NCBI GenBank assembly: GCA_964597895.1
Contig: CAZQZS010000003.1
Coordinates: forward strand, 4,315-68,314
DNA: 64,000 bases
DNA from: an uncultured Candidatus Saccharibacteria bacterium
GTDB lineage: Bacteria; Patescibacteriota; Doudnabacteria; UBA920
Reading direction: 5' to 3'
Position 1 is the stretch's first letter, and each line of letters starts with the position of its first letter. Of this stretch, positions 20,999 to 31,287 are shown in pieces. Position numbers and translations under genes: made by a program. Below the pieces are notes generated by a model. That model saw only the letters and a list, made by a program, of their open reading frames with translations, made no database searches and had not been told where the DNA came from.

Positions 20999-23739
20999 AG
21001 CTTCTTCATTTCTCCCCAATTTGAACCAAACTTTCCCTCTACGACGACCGGCACCGATAACTTTATCGCCTCCTCCATGATTGGTTTAAGTTTTTTACAC
21101 CAGACTTCTTCTTTCCCCTGTTTAACTTCAAAAACTAATTCGTCGTGTACTTGAAGTAGCATGCGGATCTCATCATCTTTACCTAACAATAGCTCGTGAA
21201 TTTGAATCATCGCTTTTTTGATAATGTCTGCGCTCATGCTTTGAATCGGGAAATTCACAGCAGCACGCTCTGCAGCTTGGCGAATAAAATATTGGCTAGA
21301 CTTAGCTTCGGGAAACTTGCGGATTCGTCCAATCTCATTAATAACGTAGCCGTCTTCACGGACTTTCATTTTTGTTTTTTCTATAAAGGCATGGACATCC
21401 GGGTAAGCAGCAAAATACTTGTCTATAAAATCCTTGGCACTGCCTTGGCTTACTTCACTGACGCGCGCAGACAACCCAAAGCTGGAGAGTCCGTACAGAA
21501 TTCCAAAGTTGATGATTTTGGCATCGCGGCGCATGTCTGCTGTGACTTCTTCAGGAGATACATCAAACACTGCACTTGCAGTCTTGGTGTGGATGTCTTC
21601 ACCCTTCTTAAAAGTCTCGGACATGTTTTGGTCTTTGGCCAAGTGAGCTACAATGCGCAGTTCAATCTGGGAATAATCTAGCGCCATTAAACTATAGCCA
21701 TCTTCGGCAATAAAAGCCTGGCGAATCTGGCTACCCAAACCTTCACCGCGAATAGGGATGTTTTGCAAATTCGGATCAATGCTGGACAGTCGGCCGGTGG
21801 CAGCAATGGTCTGGTTATAGTTGGTATGAATTCTCCCGGTGCGCTGGTTAATCATTTCTGGCAAAGCTTCCAAGTAAGTTGATTGCAGCTTAGAAAGCTC
21901 GCGATACTTTAGGATTGCGTCCACAATTGGATGCTCTAAGCGCAGCTTCTCTAACTCGCCGGCTGCGGTTGAACGCCCTGTTTTGTTTTTCTTACCGGCA
22001 GTAAGCCCAAGCTTGTCATAGAGAATTTCTTGCAGCTGTTTCGGTGAATTAATATTAAATTCTTGGCCGGCGTGTTCATAAATCTGAGATTCTAAATCTT
22101 TTAGCTCGCTTGCGGCTTGTTTAGAGAGCTTGCCCAGTAACTTTGCGTCTACTTTAATTCCCCACCGTTCCATCTTGGCCAGCACAGGAATGAGCGGCAT
22201 TTCATATTCATTGAACACTGTCTCTAACTTTTCTGCCTTAAGATCTTCGGCCAACATCCCCTTCAGGCGCCAAGTGATATCTGCATCCTCGGCCGCATAC
22301 CAAGAGACCTTCTCTATATCTACATCTTTCATTGAGATCTGGTTTTTACCCTTGCCTATCAAGTCCTCAATCGGCTGCATCTGGTAACCAAGCATGCTGA
22401 AGGCTAGTGCACTAAGGCTGTGCTGGCGGGTTCCAGCATCAAGTAAATAAGAAGCAAGCATGGTGTCAAAACTAGCCGGAGACAACTGATAACCGCTGTT
22501 CTGTAATGTTTGCAAATCGTATTTAATATTGTGGCCGATCTTACCAATCTTTTGACTGGCAATAATGCTTTGTAAATCCTTGCTCTCGTCCAGCACTTCT
22601 CTGGTTACATAAAAACCCTGCCCTGTTTTAAAGCTGATCGCCACGCCGATCACCTGGGCATCAATTGGGTTTAACTGATCGGTTTCTGTATCTAAGACAA
22701 ATTCTGTTTGTTTGCTTAATTGGGAGAGCACCGGCGTAAGCTTGCTAATACTATCTATGAGCTGGTAATCTTGCTTGCCGATAGCAGCCTTTGGTTTTTC
22801 TTCAATCTCTGCAATTTCTTTTTGGGGCAAATAGTTTTTTGGCAGCTTGTCTAACAAAGATCTAAACTCTAGTTCTTGGAATAATTTCATTACCCCGTCC
22901 AGATGGGCAGCTGTAAATTCGTAAGCTGGGACTTCAACAGTAATTGGTACGTCAGTGACTATTTTTGAAAGTTTGTAACTCAATAAAGCATCGTCTTCAC
23001 CTTCTTGCAATAACTTGAGCGGGCGAGCTTTGATTTTCTTCTCTATTTCTTTGTCTGATTTGATTGCTTTGTACAGCTGTTCTATACTGCCAAAATTTTG
23101 GATCAATTCGCTGGCTGTTTTTTCTCCAATGCCTTTTACGCCTTTTATGTTATCGGAAGGATCACCGCGCAATGCTTTGTAATCAATCATTTGCAGTGGC
23201 TTAAGTCCGTAACGATCCATAATTGCTTTCTCGTCATAGATTGTTGTGTCGGCCAAGCCTTTGCGGAGTGTGTAAACTTTTACACACTTGTTTACCAGCT
23301 GAAGTGTGTCTAAATCGCCAGTCGCAATCATCACGTCGCAATCATGGCCGTTCTGATCACAAATTTGACGAGCTAAAGTTCCTAGGACATCATCTGCTTC
23401 ATAACCCTGGATTTCAAATATTGGAATATTCAAACTACGCACGACTTCTTTAACGCGATCAAATTGCGCATAAAGCTCATCGGGTGCAGCAGCGCGGTGG
23501 GCCTTATAATCTTCGTATTCCTCGTGACGGAATGTAGGCCCTTTCAAGTCAAAGCTGCAAGCTATGTGCGTAGGTTTAAGATCTTTGATGGCCTTAAGCA
23601 AGATCATAGTAAATCCATAAACCGCATTGGTCGGTTCGCCTGCTTTCGTGGTCAAGGAAGGGATGGCATGAAAACCGCGATGAACTAAAGCATTGCCATC
23701 AATAAATAAATATCTAGATTTGGATGATTTTTTCGGCAT
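20995..23739 (-). CDS. polA: DNA polymerase I
   Basis: Contains the 5'-3' exonuclease N-terminus (YLFIDGNALVHRGFHA), the 3'-5' exonuclease domain and pol A family motifs (LLQVHDELVFE). Start placed at the internal Met (MPKKSSKSRYLFIDG). Confidence 0.95.
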   Translation of the reverse strand: MPKKSSKSRYLFIDGNALVHRGFHAIPSLTTKAGEPTNAVYGFTMILLKAIKDLKPTHIACSFDLKGPTFRHEEYEDYKAHRAAAPDELYAQFDRVKEVVRSLNIPIFEIQGYEADDVLGTLARQICDQNGHDCDVMIATGDLDTLQLVNKCVKVYTLRKGLADTTIYDEKAIMDRYGLKPLQMIDYKALRGDPSDNIKGVKGIGEKTASELIQNFGSIEQLYKAIKSDKEIEKKIKARPLKLLQEGEDDALLSYKLSKIVTDVPITVEVPAYEFTAAHLDGVMKLFQELEFRSLLDKLPKNYLPQKEIAEIEEKPKAAIGKQDYQLIDSISKLTPVLSQLSKQTEFVLDTETDQLNPIDAQVIGVAISFKTGQGFYVTREVLDESKDLQSIIASQKIGKIGHNIKYDLQTLQNSGYQLSPASFDTMLASYLLDAGTRQHSLSALAFSMLGYQMQPIEDLIGKGKNQISMKDVDIEKVSWYAAEDADITWRLKGMLAEDLKAEKLETVFNEYEMPLIPVLAKMERWGIKVDAKLLGKLSKQAASELKDLESQIYEHAGQEFNINSPKQLQEILYDKLGLTAGKKNKTGRSTAAGELEKLRLEHPIVDAILKYRELSKLQSTYLEALPEMINQRTGRIHTNYNQTIAATGRLSSIDPNLQNIPIRGEGLGSQIRQAFIAEDGYSLMALDYSQIELRIVAHLAKDQNMSETFKKGEDIHTKTASAVFDVSPEEVTADMRRDAKIINFGILYGLSSFGLSARVSEVSQGSAKDFIDKYFAAYPDVHAFIEKTKMKVREDGYVINEIGRIRKFPEAKSSQYFIRQAAERAAVNFPIQSMSADIIKKAMIQIHELLLGKDDEIRMLLQVHDELVFEVKQGKEEVWCKKLKPIMEEAIKLSVPVVVEGKFGSNWGEMKKL

Positions 23740-23808
23740 AAGTATCTTTAGTTTAGCTGTTTTGCTAAACAAAAAAAAGCGCTTAGCACTAGTGGCCAAC
23801 GCTTAGAA

Positions 23809-25440
23809 TTATGAGGCTACCCGGAACACTTCTTGAATATCCGTAAGCTTATTCAAGGCTTTCAGTAGGCCGTCTTGCTGTACGCTAATGGTTCCCTGTT
23901 CCAAAGCCAACTTCCTAACTGCTAATCCTGAAGGTTCTGTAAGAATCAACTCTCGCATTTTTTCGGTGACTTCAATAACTTCGTAAATTCCTACTCGTCC
24001 CTTATAGCCTAAGCCGCCGCAGTCATCGCACCCCACGCTGGAGTAAAACTGTAAATCCTTTGGCACTGTGACTTCAGCAGTTGCTGGAATTTCACTCAAG
24101 ATTTTCTGAATCTTTTTTAAAGTTGGTTCATCAACAACTGCTGGACCCATGCAAGCCGAACACAGCCTGCGAACTAAACGCTGGGCTATAATCGCATTCA
24201 AGGCTGGGGCAATTACAAAAGGTTTAACACCCATGGTTAACAAGCGAGGAACTGCTCCCGGAGCATCATTTGTATGAAGCGTGGTTAACACAACGTGACC
24301 AGTGAGCGCAGCCTGCAATGCTGTCTCAGCAGTTTCTGGATCGCGGATTTCTCCAACCATCACTACATCAGGGTCTTGTCGCAAAACTGCACGCAACGCC
24401 TTTACAAAACTAAAGTCAACCCTATGATCAATGGGTGTCTGTTGAATCCCCTCAACTTTATACTCTACTGGATCTTCTAATGTAATGATTTTGACTCCGG
24501 GCTGGTTTAAAACTTTTAGGAATGCGTATAGGGTTGTGGTTTTACCGCTGCCGGTCGGGCCAGTTGTGATAATCATTCCATTAGCCTTATGGAGCTGTTC
24601 CTGAATGACCTTAAGAGCCTTGCCGTTCAAGCCCAACTGATCAATAGTTATGTCGGTTGCGCCAATGCCGAGCAAGCGCATTACAATCGCTTCCCCAAAG
24701 CTAGATGGCAAGACAGAAACACGAACATCCAACTGCACACCTTCATTCATAATACTGATGCGTCCATCTTGTGACTCATTTTCTACATTGAGCTTAAGCT
24801 TTGCCATAAGTTTTAGCCGGGATATAAGCTGCTTCTGCCACGATTTGTTTAAAACAACTGCGTCATGCAATACACCGTCTACCCGATACCGGATTTTCAG
24901 AAGATGGTCTTCAGGTTCAAAATGGATGTCAGAAGAGTTCTGCTCTACAGCTGCGCCAAAGATGATGGTAAGTGCTTCTGTCGCTGACATACTAGAGCTG
25001 TCGATGGTGGCAAGCTTATTAGAATATTTTTCCGTCTGATTGACCTGAATGGTCTCAGTAAATTTTGAGGTTGGAATAATTACTTTATCGTAAAAGGAAA
25101 GTGTATTCGCAAAGCTGCTTTTGGAAACAAAATAAACTGATATCCGGTACTTTTCGGATAACTGCTTTCTTAGCTGCTCTAAAAGTTGGTTTTGGGGATT
25201 TATGGTGGCAATTTTTAAATCTTTTCCTTCCTTAAAAAATGGCACCGCTTCCGCTGCACGCGCCTGATCCTCTGGCAACAAAGCCAAGGAGTTTAAATCC
25301 AACGGAAAATTTTGCATATTTAAATACGGCAAATGATACAAACTTGCCGTATGCTGAGCTTGAGTTTCTTCGATATGTCGCTTTTGGTCATCTAGCGCGC
25401 GAGTTAACTCGGCTGGGTTGTTATTCAAAAAACTAGTCAA
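23809..25440 (-). CDS. pilB: Type IV pilus assembly / type II secretion ATPase (PilB/GspE family)
   Basis: Contains Walker A GPTGSGKTTTLYA, the Asp box, Walker B and the His box (VMVGEIRD), and the C-terminal tetracysteine motif (CSAC...CDDC). Confidence 0.9.
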   Translation of the reverse strand: MTSFLNNNPAELTRALDDQKRHIEETQAQHTASLYHLPYLNMQNFPLDLNSLALLPEDQARAAEAVPFFKEGKDLKIATINPQNQLLEQLRKQLSEKYRISVYFVSKSSFANTLSFYDKVIIPTSKFTETIQVNQTEKYSNKLATIDSSSMSATEALTIIFGAAVEQNSSDIHFEPEDHLLKIRYRVDGVLHDAVVLNKSWQKQLISRLKLMAKLKLNVENESQDGRISIMNEGVQLDVRVSVLPSSFGEAIVMRLLGIGATDITIDQLGLNGKALKVIQEQLHKANGMIITTGPTGSGKTTTLYAFLKVLNQPGVKIITLEDPVEYKVEGIQQTPIDHRVDFSFVKALRAVLRQDPDVVMVGEIRDPETAETALQAALTGHVVLTTLHTNDAPGAVPRLLTMGVKPFVIAPALNAIIAQRLVRRLCSACMGPAVVDEPTLKKIQKILSEIPATAEVTVPKDLQFYSSVGCDDCGGLGYKGRVGIYEVIEVTEKMRELILTEPSGLAVRKLALEQGTISVQQDGLLKALNKLTDIQEVFRVAS

Positions 25441-25472
25441 TTTTGTTTTTATATTATGGGTCAGTGCTTACA

Positions 25473-26624
25473 TTATACACTTGTTGGCTGCAATGCAGAA
25501 ATCTGCTTCTCTGCTTCCTCTAAACTGGTGTTTTCTAACAATAGACGAACCAAGTAATAGTGGCTATTAAGAGGTTCCAAGTTTGTTTCTTTTGAACCGT
25601 CCAACCTACGGGCTAGTTGACGCAGTTTAATGTGCGGCTTAGCAGCAAGATAAACCTCGGTCCCTTGAGGAACCTTTGCCGCTAATGCAATAAGTTGATA
25701 CTTGCTCGCCATCACAGAAAGCTCTTGTAAAACTTGCGGTAATAGAGATGCGGAAGTTTCAGTTTTAAGAAAATCCTGTTCAGTGATTAGAGTATACAAC
25801 AAATTTTCATCTGGGCCGGTTTTAATTCTAGCCAAGGCTCTTCCCCAAAGTTGGAGTAGCGAAAAAGATTTGGTCTTAAATAAATGCTGGATAATATCCT
25901 GGCGCCGAGCTCCAGCAGAAACTAATTCAGCAGCCACGGCTAATGTGTGGGGTGTTGTTTTGGGATCGCGAAAACTCTGGGTTGAATCAATGATCCCCGC
26001 AAGCAGTCCCGTGATGACCGTATCATTGGATTTTAGAGGCTCTTCCTTCAACAACCATCCGGCGATCTGCTCTGAGACAGAGCTCGCTGTACTGTCCACC
26101 CAGTTGATTGAACCAAAGTATTCTTGATCCAATTGATTATTAATTACTATTTTCGGAGTATTAAAAAACAGTTCAGTGTTAGCACTGTGAAGGCTACCAA
26201 TCTTTTCCATGGACGCAACCCCTAAAAACAACAACAGCTCAAGCCCTTGCGCAGAAGGCAGCACCTCCACATCAGCTTCACTAAAACTGCCTCGGTCTGG
26301 CGTAACATAAATCAATAAGTCTGAATTTTCCTTTTCGTAACGAATCTGTTTGGGAACAGAATTGTTTGATCCGACTTTGATAACCAAATCATTCCCTGCT
26401 GTAAGCTGATGGCTAATCTTGGCTACTGATGAAAAATAGTTTAAATTCGGTAAGTTTTTAGCCGAAGAAACAATCACCACGCGCTTATCCATGATCTGCA
26501 GCTTCTCCCTTAGGGCCAAAGCTGAACAATATATATCTACGCCTAATCGCTCTGGTAAAACTAATCCGATACTTTTAACAGATTTGAGCGCTTGTTCAAT
26601 TTTGGAAACTGTGTCGTAATCCAT
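25473..26624 (-). CDS. DHH/DHHA1-family (NrnA-like) protein with degenerate DHH motifs
   Basis: 383 aa. Contains a 'GLLAGIIDSTQSFR' DHHA1-like block but lacks the canonical DHH/DxD motifs. It is a paralog of nrnA at 53044. Confidence 0.55.
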   Translation of the reverse strand: MDYDTVSKIEQALKSVKSIGLVLPERLGVDIYCSALALREKLQIMDKRVVIVSSAKNLPNLNYFSSVAKISHQLTAGNDLVIKVGSNNSVPKQIRYEKENSDLLIYVTPDRGSFSEADVEVLPSAQGLELLLFLGVASMEKIGSLHSANTELFFNTPKIVINNQLDQEYFGSINWVDSTASSVSEQIAGWLLKEEPLKSNDTVITGLLAGIIDSTQSFRDPKTTPHTLAVAAELVSAGARRQDIIQHLFKTKSFSLLQLWGRALARIKTGPDENLLYTLITEQDFLKTETSASLLPQVLQELSVMASKYQLIALAAKVPQGTEVYLAAKPHIKLRQLARRLDGSKETNLEPLNSHYYLVRLLLENTSLEEAEKQISALQPTSV

Positions 26625-26701
26625 AATATTACCCGATTTGAGTTTATCAATATATCTGGTTTTACTTAATCGGTCAATATCGGTAAAATATCTATATATA
26701 G

Positions 26702-27115
26702 ATGAAGATTATGAAAACCGTTCTCCTAAGCCAAGCTGGCCTTGAAGCAGAAAAAATAGCCAAAACTCTTACTGGTGGCGAAATCTTGGCTCTACGAGGT
26801 GATTTGGGGAGCGGCAAAACCACTTTTACCAAGGCTTTAGGTAAAGCCCTTGGTGTGAGAGGCACGATTACCAGCCCAACGTTTATCATGATGCAGGAAT
26901 ACCAGACTGGTCAAACCACCAAATCAGGCGAACCGATCTGGTTATACCATCTTGATCTTTACAGAACTAATGATTTTAAAGAAGTTGCCGCGCTGGGCAT
27001 TGAACATTACTGGGGACATCCTCAAACAATCACAGTTATTGAGTGGGCAGAAAAAATTGAACCACATTTACCAAAACAGAGAATTGACCTGAAATTCAAA
27101 CGCGATGCAAACTAA
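26702..27115 (+). CDS. tsaE: tRNA threonylcarbamoyladenosine biosynthesis protein TsaE
   Basis: Contains 'LALRGDLGSGKTTFTKALGKALGV...TSPTF', the TsaE/YjeE P-loop signature. Confidence 0.85.
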   Translation: MKIMKTVLLSQAGLEAEKIAKTLTGGEILALRGDLGSGKTTFTKALGKALGVRGTITSPTFIMMQEYQTGQTTKSGEPIWLYHLDLYRTNDFKEVAALGIEHYWGHPQTITVIEWAEKIEPHLPKQRIDLKFKRDAN

Positions 27116-28436
27116 ATTTACGACTCTAAAAAAACTCGCTCTCTCAGCTGTGGCTGCTGGTACGTTACTTATCCCTGCAACAGTAAAGGGTATGGAGCCA
27201 CTACCTGCACCTTTACCGACATATGACGCGGTAACTTCTTTCGGAGACTCTACTCAGGTCGCAATCCCCGCAAGCTTGCAAGCCAGCTGGCGTGGCAGTT
27301 TCACTGTACCAGTACATAGTTTGGTCAAAGCCGGTCAATGGAGCCTAGAAGATTATTTCAAAATTGGTTATTTAAAACAGGGCCGATACCAGTACCAAAC
27401 CAAAACCTACAAGCATAACCCAAAAGAAATCTACACCTGGACTAAGCAGATTGCTGCAAGCGTCAATGCAGAATCAAAAGATCCCGAACTGACCTTGGAA
27501 AACGGTTACGCAACTCACTTCGTCGCACCAGTGATTGGTAAACAGTTGGATCGTTACAATAGTTCCTTAAAAATTCTCCAATCTTTAGAGCTCAACCAAA
27601 GTAATTTAGAACTGGCAATTCAATCAACTCAGCCTCAACGCCAGCTTTCAGAACTCAATGAGCTAGGAATCACAGAACTAATTGGCCGGGGGGAATCAAA
27701 GTTTTCTGGCAGTCCTGCCAACCGCCGACACAATATCCGTGTAGGTATGAACAAAATTAAAGGCGTGATTATTATGCCAGGAGAAGAATTTAGCTTTAAT
27801 AAATATTTAGGCCCAGTAGAAGCTAGTGAAGGATTCTTGCCGGAATTAGTGATTAAAGGGTATGAAACTATTCCGGAATTAGGTGGTGGTCTTTGCCAGG
27901 TATCATCTACCACTTTTCGAGCCGCTATGCATGCAGGACTCCCAATCACCCAAAGGCGTAACCACTCTTATGCCGTCCAGTACTATGCGCCGCAAGGCAC
28001 AGATGCGACCATCTACCCAGGTGTTATTGACTTGAGGTTCAAAAATGATACAGGGAATAGTATCTTGGTTTGGCCGTATTTCAAAGGTGCCGATATTCTA
28101 GTGTTTGATTTCTATGGCACACGTGATGGCCGTGAGGTTAAGCTAAATCAACCCGTAATTTACGATCGCCAAAGCAACGGCGCCATGAAGGCAACCTGGA
28201 CCAGAACCATTACAAAAAATGGTCAAACTGAAACAGATAGTTTTAGCTCCAATTATAAACCGCCTGAATTATTCCAAAAAAGAGAAGAGTTTGTTGCCAA
28301 CCCTGATGCGCCCGCAACCCCAAATCCAAACCAAGACAGTACAGAAACTAAACCACCGGCTGGTGAGACAGAAGAAAATCAAACCACAGATCGTGATGCA
28401 ACTAATAAACCCATAGATCCAGATGATCAAGTCTAG
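27105..28436 (+). CDS. VanW-domain protein (secreted)
   Basis: Signal peptide plus the '[23 protein letters not shown]' VanW motif. Pro/Thr/Glu-rich C-terminal tail. Confidence 0.7.
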   Translation: MQTKFTTLKKLALSAVAAGTLLIPATVKGMEPLPAPLPTYDAVTSFGDSTQVAIPASLQASWRGSFTVPVHSLVKAGQWSLEDYFKIGYLKQGRYQYQTKTYKHNPKEIYTWTKQIAASVNAESKDPELTLENGYATHFVAPVIGKQLDRYNSSLKILQSLELNQSNLELAIQSTQPQRQLSELNELGITELIGRGESKFSGSPANRRHNIRVGMNKIKGVIIMPGEEFSFNKYLGPVEASEGFLPELVIKGYETIPELGGGLCQVSSTTFRAAMHAGLPITQRRNHSYAVQYYAPQGTDATIYPGVIDLRFKNDTGNSILVWPYFKGADILVFDFYGTRDGREVKLNQPVIYDRQSNGAMKATWTRTITKNGQTETDSFSSNYKPPELFQKREEFVANPDAPATPNPNQDSTETKPPAGETEENQTTDRDATNKPIDPDDQV

Positions 28437-29448
28437 CGATACCGAAACAATCTTTGCACACACACCCTCTAGCGAAGAGGGTGTCTTTGAAGCCAGTCTC
28501 AGGCCTCAAAGCTTTGACCAGTTTGTGGGCCAAGAGCAACTCAAAAATAACTTAGCCATCGTCATTCAGGCTGCAAAGATGCGCAATGAGGCCATAGAAC
28601 ATGTTTTATTGTATGGCCCTCCAGGTCTTGGTAAAACCACCTTGGCTCACATCATTGCCAAGGAACTGGGGGCTAATCTAAAAGTTACATCTGGCCCGAC
28701 CATTGAACGGGCTGGCGATTTGGCCGCATTACTAACAAATCTTAGTGATGGAGATGTTCTGTTCATTGATGAAATTCATCGCCTTAACAAAACCATAGAA
28801 GAAGTTCTTTATCCTGCCCTAGAAGACCGGGTACTGGATATCATGATTGGCAAAGGTCCTGGTGCTCGTAGCGTCAGAATGGAATTGCCAAAATTCACCT
28901 TGGTCGGCGCTACTACAAGAATTGGTTTAATCTCATCGCCACTTAGGGACAGATTCGGCCTAGTGTACCATTTAGACTACTATACTCCAGGGGATTTAGA
29001 AGAGATTATTACCCGCTCTGCCGCAATACTAGACACTTCCCTGGATAACAAAGCAATAAAGTTGATTGCCGAACGAAGCCGCTATACACCAAGAATTGCC
29101 AATCGCCTACTAAAAAGAGTGCGGGATTTTGCCCAAGTTTCTGGACACTCCCTCATCAGTCCCCAGCATGCCCAAGATAGTTTAGCCATGCTTGAAATAG
29201 ATGAGTATGGTCTGGATAAACATGATAGAAAAATATTATCGGTGATTATCAATGCTTTTAACGGTGGGCCTGTGGGCGTTAATTCTATAGCCGCTGCCAC
29301 AGGAGAAGAAGTTGATACGATTTCTGACATGCACGAACCATTCCTGATTCGCTCTGGATTTTTAATCCGAACCCCAAAAGGCAGACAGGCTACCAAGCAA
29401 GCTTACAAGCATTTAGGAATTAACTCTTCTGATAATCCAATTTTTTAA
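28423..29448 (+). CDS. ruvB: Holliday junction DNA helicase RuvB
   Basis: Contains [24 protein letters not shown], and the sensor and arginine-finger blocks. Confidence 0.95.
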   Translation: MIKSSDTETIFAHTPSSEEGVFEASLRPQSFDQFVGQEQLKNNLAIVIQAAKMRNEAIEHVLLYGPPGLGKTTLAHIIAKELGANLKVTSGPTIERAGDLAALLTNLSDGDVLFIDEIHRLNKTIEEVLYPALEDRVLDIMIGKGPGARSVRMELPKFTLVGATTRIGLISSPLRDRFGLVYHLDYYTPGDLEEIITRSAAILDTSLDNKAIKLIAERSRYTPRIANRLLKRVRDFAQVSGHSLISPQHAQDSLAMLEIDEYGLDKHDRKILSVIINAFNGGPVGVNSIAAATGEEVDTISDMHEPFLIRSGFLIRTPKGRQATKQAYKHLGINSSDNPIF

Positions 29449-29451
29449 ACA

Positions 29452-29646
29452 ATGGAAATCATACCCAGTTTGATTGTTAATATAATATTTTTTGGCACCG
29501 CGGCCGTGTTTGCCTCCTTGTCGGTGTTGGCTAGTTTTATTGTCATTAAATACGGCAAGACTCCTGCAGTAACCATAACTGCCAGCTGTGCTTATTTAGG
29601 GTTATTCTTGTTTGGATTTCTAATTGGTTTAAGTAATCTCTCTTAA
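29452..29646 (+). CDS. Small hypothetical membrane protein (64 aa)
   Basis: Two hydrophobic helices. Begins 3 nt after the ruvB stop. Confidence 0.4.
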   Translation: MEIIPSLIVNIIFFGTAAVFASLSVLASFIVIKYGKTPAVTITASCAYLGLFLFGFLIGLSNLS

Positions 29647-29650
29647 TTGT

Positions 29651-30187
29651 ATGCATAGCAAACTTTTCCCAAGCCAACAGCCTAATGAAAAAATCTACCT
29701 CATTTTTCGTGAACATTGGTTCCGGTTATTCGTCAAACTATTTATAGTAGCAATTTTTGCCTCCGTGCCTACTGTAATTTCAATGTCTAGTTTTAATCTA
29801 GCCACCATTTTACCGATGGAGATAACTAGCCAGTTAGTTGTTTTGCTTAACGTGCTTTATTATCTAGCCATTTTACTTGTCACTTTTATCATTTGGGTAC
29901 TCTACTACCTAAATATGGGTATTGTAAGTGAATACCGTTTAGTTGATATTGATCAGAAAGGCTTATTAAAACACGAGGTGTCCGAATTAAACCTAGATGC
30001 AATTGAGGATGTAACTAGCGAAACCATAGGCCTATTCGGCAACATTCTTGATTATGGTACTGTATACATTCAAACTGCCGGTGCAACGGAAAGATTTGAG
30101 TTTGATAAAATCCATCATCCCAAAAAGGTTGCTGGGATAATTTTAAGCCTTTATGAGCAACGTAAGAAAGATAAGCCAGCCAAATGA
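29651..30187 (+). CDS. Membrane protein with bacterial PH-like (YdbT/bPH_2-like) C-terminal domain
   Basis: Two TM helices followed by an 'RLVDIDQKGL...VYIQTAG' soluble domain. The PH-like assignment is from recall. Confidence 0.5.
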   Translation: MHSKLFPSQQPNEKIYLIFREHWFRLFVKLFIVAIFASVPTVISMSSFNLATILPMEITSQLVVLLNVLYYLAILLVTFIIWVLYYLNMGIVSEYRLVDIDQKGLLKHEVSELNLDAIEDVTSETIGLFGNILDYGTVYIQTAGATERFEFDKIHHPKKVAGIILSLYEQRKKDKPAK

Positions 30188-31257
30188 ACATCATCATTTT
30201 TGCGGGTGGTCAGGGCACGCGTCTCTGGCCAGCCAGCCGGGCAAATAAACCAAAGCAGTTTCTAAAGCTCGTCGGCGACAAAACTCTTCTTGAACAAACC
30301 TACCAAAGGATCAAAGCTAAATTTAAACCTCGACAAGTGTTTGTTGCCACAAGCTTAAGCTATCTTGATTATATCCAAAGACAACTCCCAAAAGTCCCAT
30401 CCACTAACTTCTCGTTAGAGCCGGCAAGAAAAAACCGGGGTCCAGCTTTAGGTCTAGCAATACTAGTGATGCAGCATTATAGCAAGGAAGATGTGTTCGC
30501 GACAGCTTGGAGTGATGATCATATAGCTAACCCCAAACTCTACCTGCGAACTCTAAATCAAGCCGAGCGGATAGCGAAAAATTGGCCTGAAAAAATTATC
30601 GCCATTGGTGCTAAACCTACTATGCCGAGCCCTGCCTTTTGCTATATTCAGTTTAAGAAACAACTTGGTAATAAAACTAAGGCTTGTCTAGTGAAAAGGT
30701 TTACCGACAAACCTACGCAAAAACAAGCTCAAAAATTTATTCAATCTGGGGATTATCTTTGGAATACTGGTTACTTTATTTCTCACGGGGCAAATATACT
30801 CCGGCTCTACCAGAAATACTATCCAGACAGCTATAAATTATTAATGAAAATCGCTCCTCATATTGGGACAGCTAAACAAAACAAAGTCATTAAACACTAT
30901 TATCCCCGTTTAGAAAGTTTTGATTTTGAAGAAATATTTCGCCGACAGCCTCAAGAACTGCTAGTAATCCCTTCAGAATTTGGATGGGCAGATGTCGGAC
31001 GCTGGTCAGTAATCAAAGATATACAATCAAAGCCAAAGGAAAACCTGTTAATAGGGAATACAGTAGTTTACGACACAGTTGGTAGTTTGGTATACAACTA
31101 CAACCCAAAACAAATCGTCACCACTTTACACGCAGATAATCTTATAATCATCAATACCCCAGAAGCTTTACTAGTAGCCAATAAAGATAATACCGAACAA
31201 CTAAAAAACTTGATTAAATTATTAGAACAAAATAAAAAGTTTAAAAAATTCTTATAA
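30184..31257 (+). CDS. Mannose-1-phosphate guanylyltransferase-like nucleotidyltransferase
   Basis: N-terminus 'IIFAGGQGTRLWPASR' (compare ManC 'ILAGGSGTRLWP'). Confidence 0.75.
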   Translation: MNIIIFAGGQGTRLWPASRANKPKQFLKLVGDKTLLEQTYQRIKAKFKPRQVFVATSLSYLDYIQRQLPKVPSTNFSLEPARKNRGPALGLAILVMQHYSKEDVFATAWSDDHIANPKLYLRTLNQAERIAKNWPEKIIAIGAKPTMPSPAFCYIQFKKQLGNKTKACLVKRFTDKPTQKQAQKFIQSGDYLWNTGYFISHGANILRLYQKYYPDSYKLLMKIAPHIGTAKQNKVIKHYYPRLESFDFEEIFRRQPQELLVIPSEFGWADVGRWSVIKDIQSKPKENLLIGNTVVYDTVGSLVYNYNPKQIVTTLHADNLIIINTPEALLVANKDNTEQLKNLIKLLEQNKKFKKFL

Positions 31258-31287
31258 TAAAAAACCCGCACAGACGGGTTTTTTATT
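31258..31287. terminator. Bidirectional terminator (manC-like / recF convergent)
   Basis: aaaacccg-cacaga-cgggtttttt. Confidence 0.65.

Noticed and set aside
23740-23808. Possible terminator or regulatory hairpin between pilB and polA (direct repeats ctaagcg x2, palindrome cactagtg)
   Set aside because: Only an 8-bp palindrome plus direct repeats, with no convincing stem adjacent to the T-run. The genes may simply be co-transcribed.
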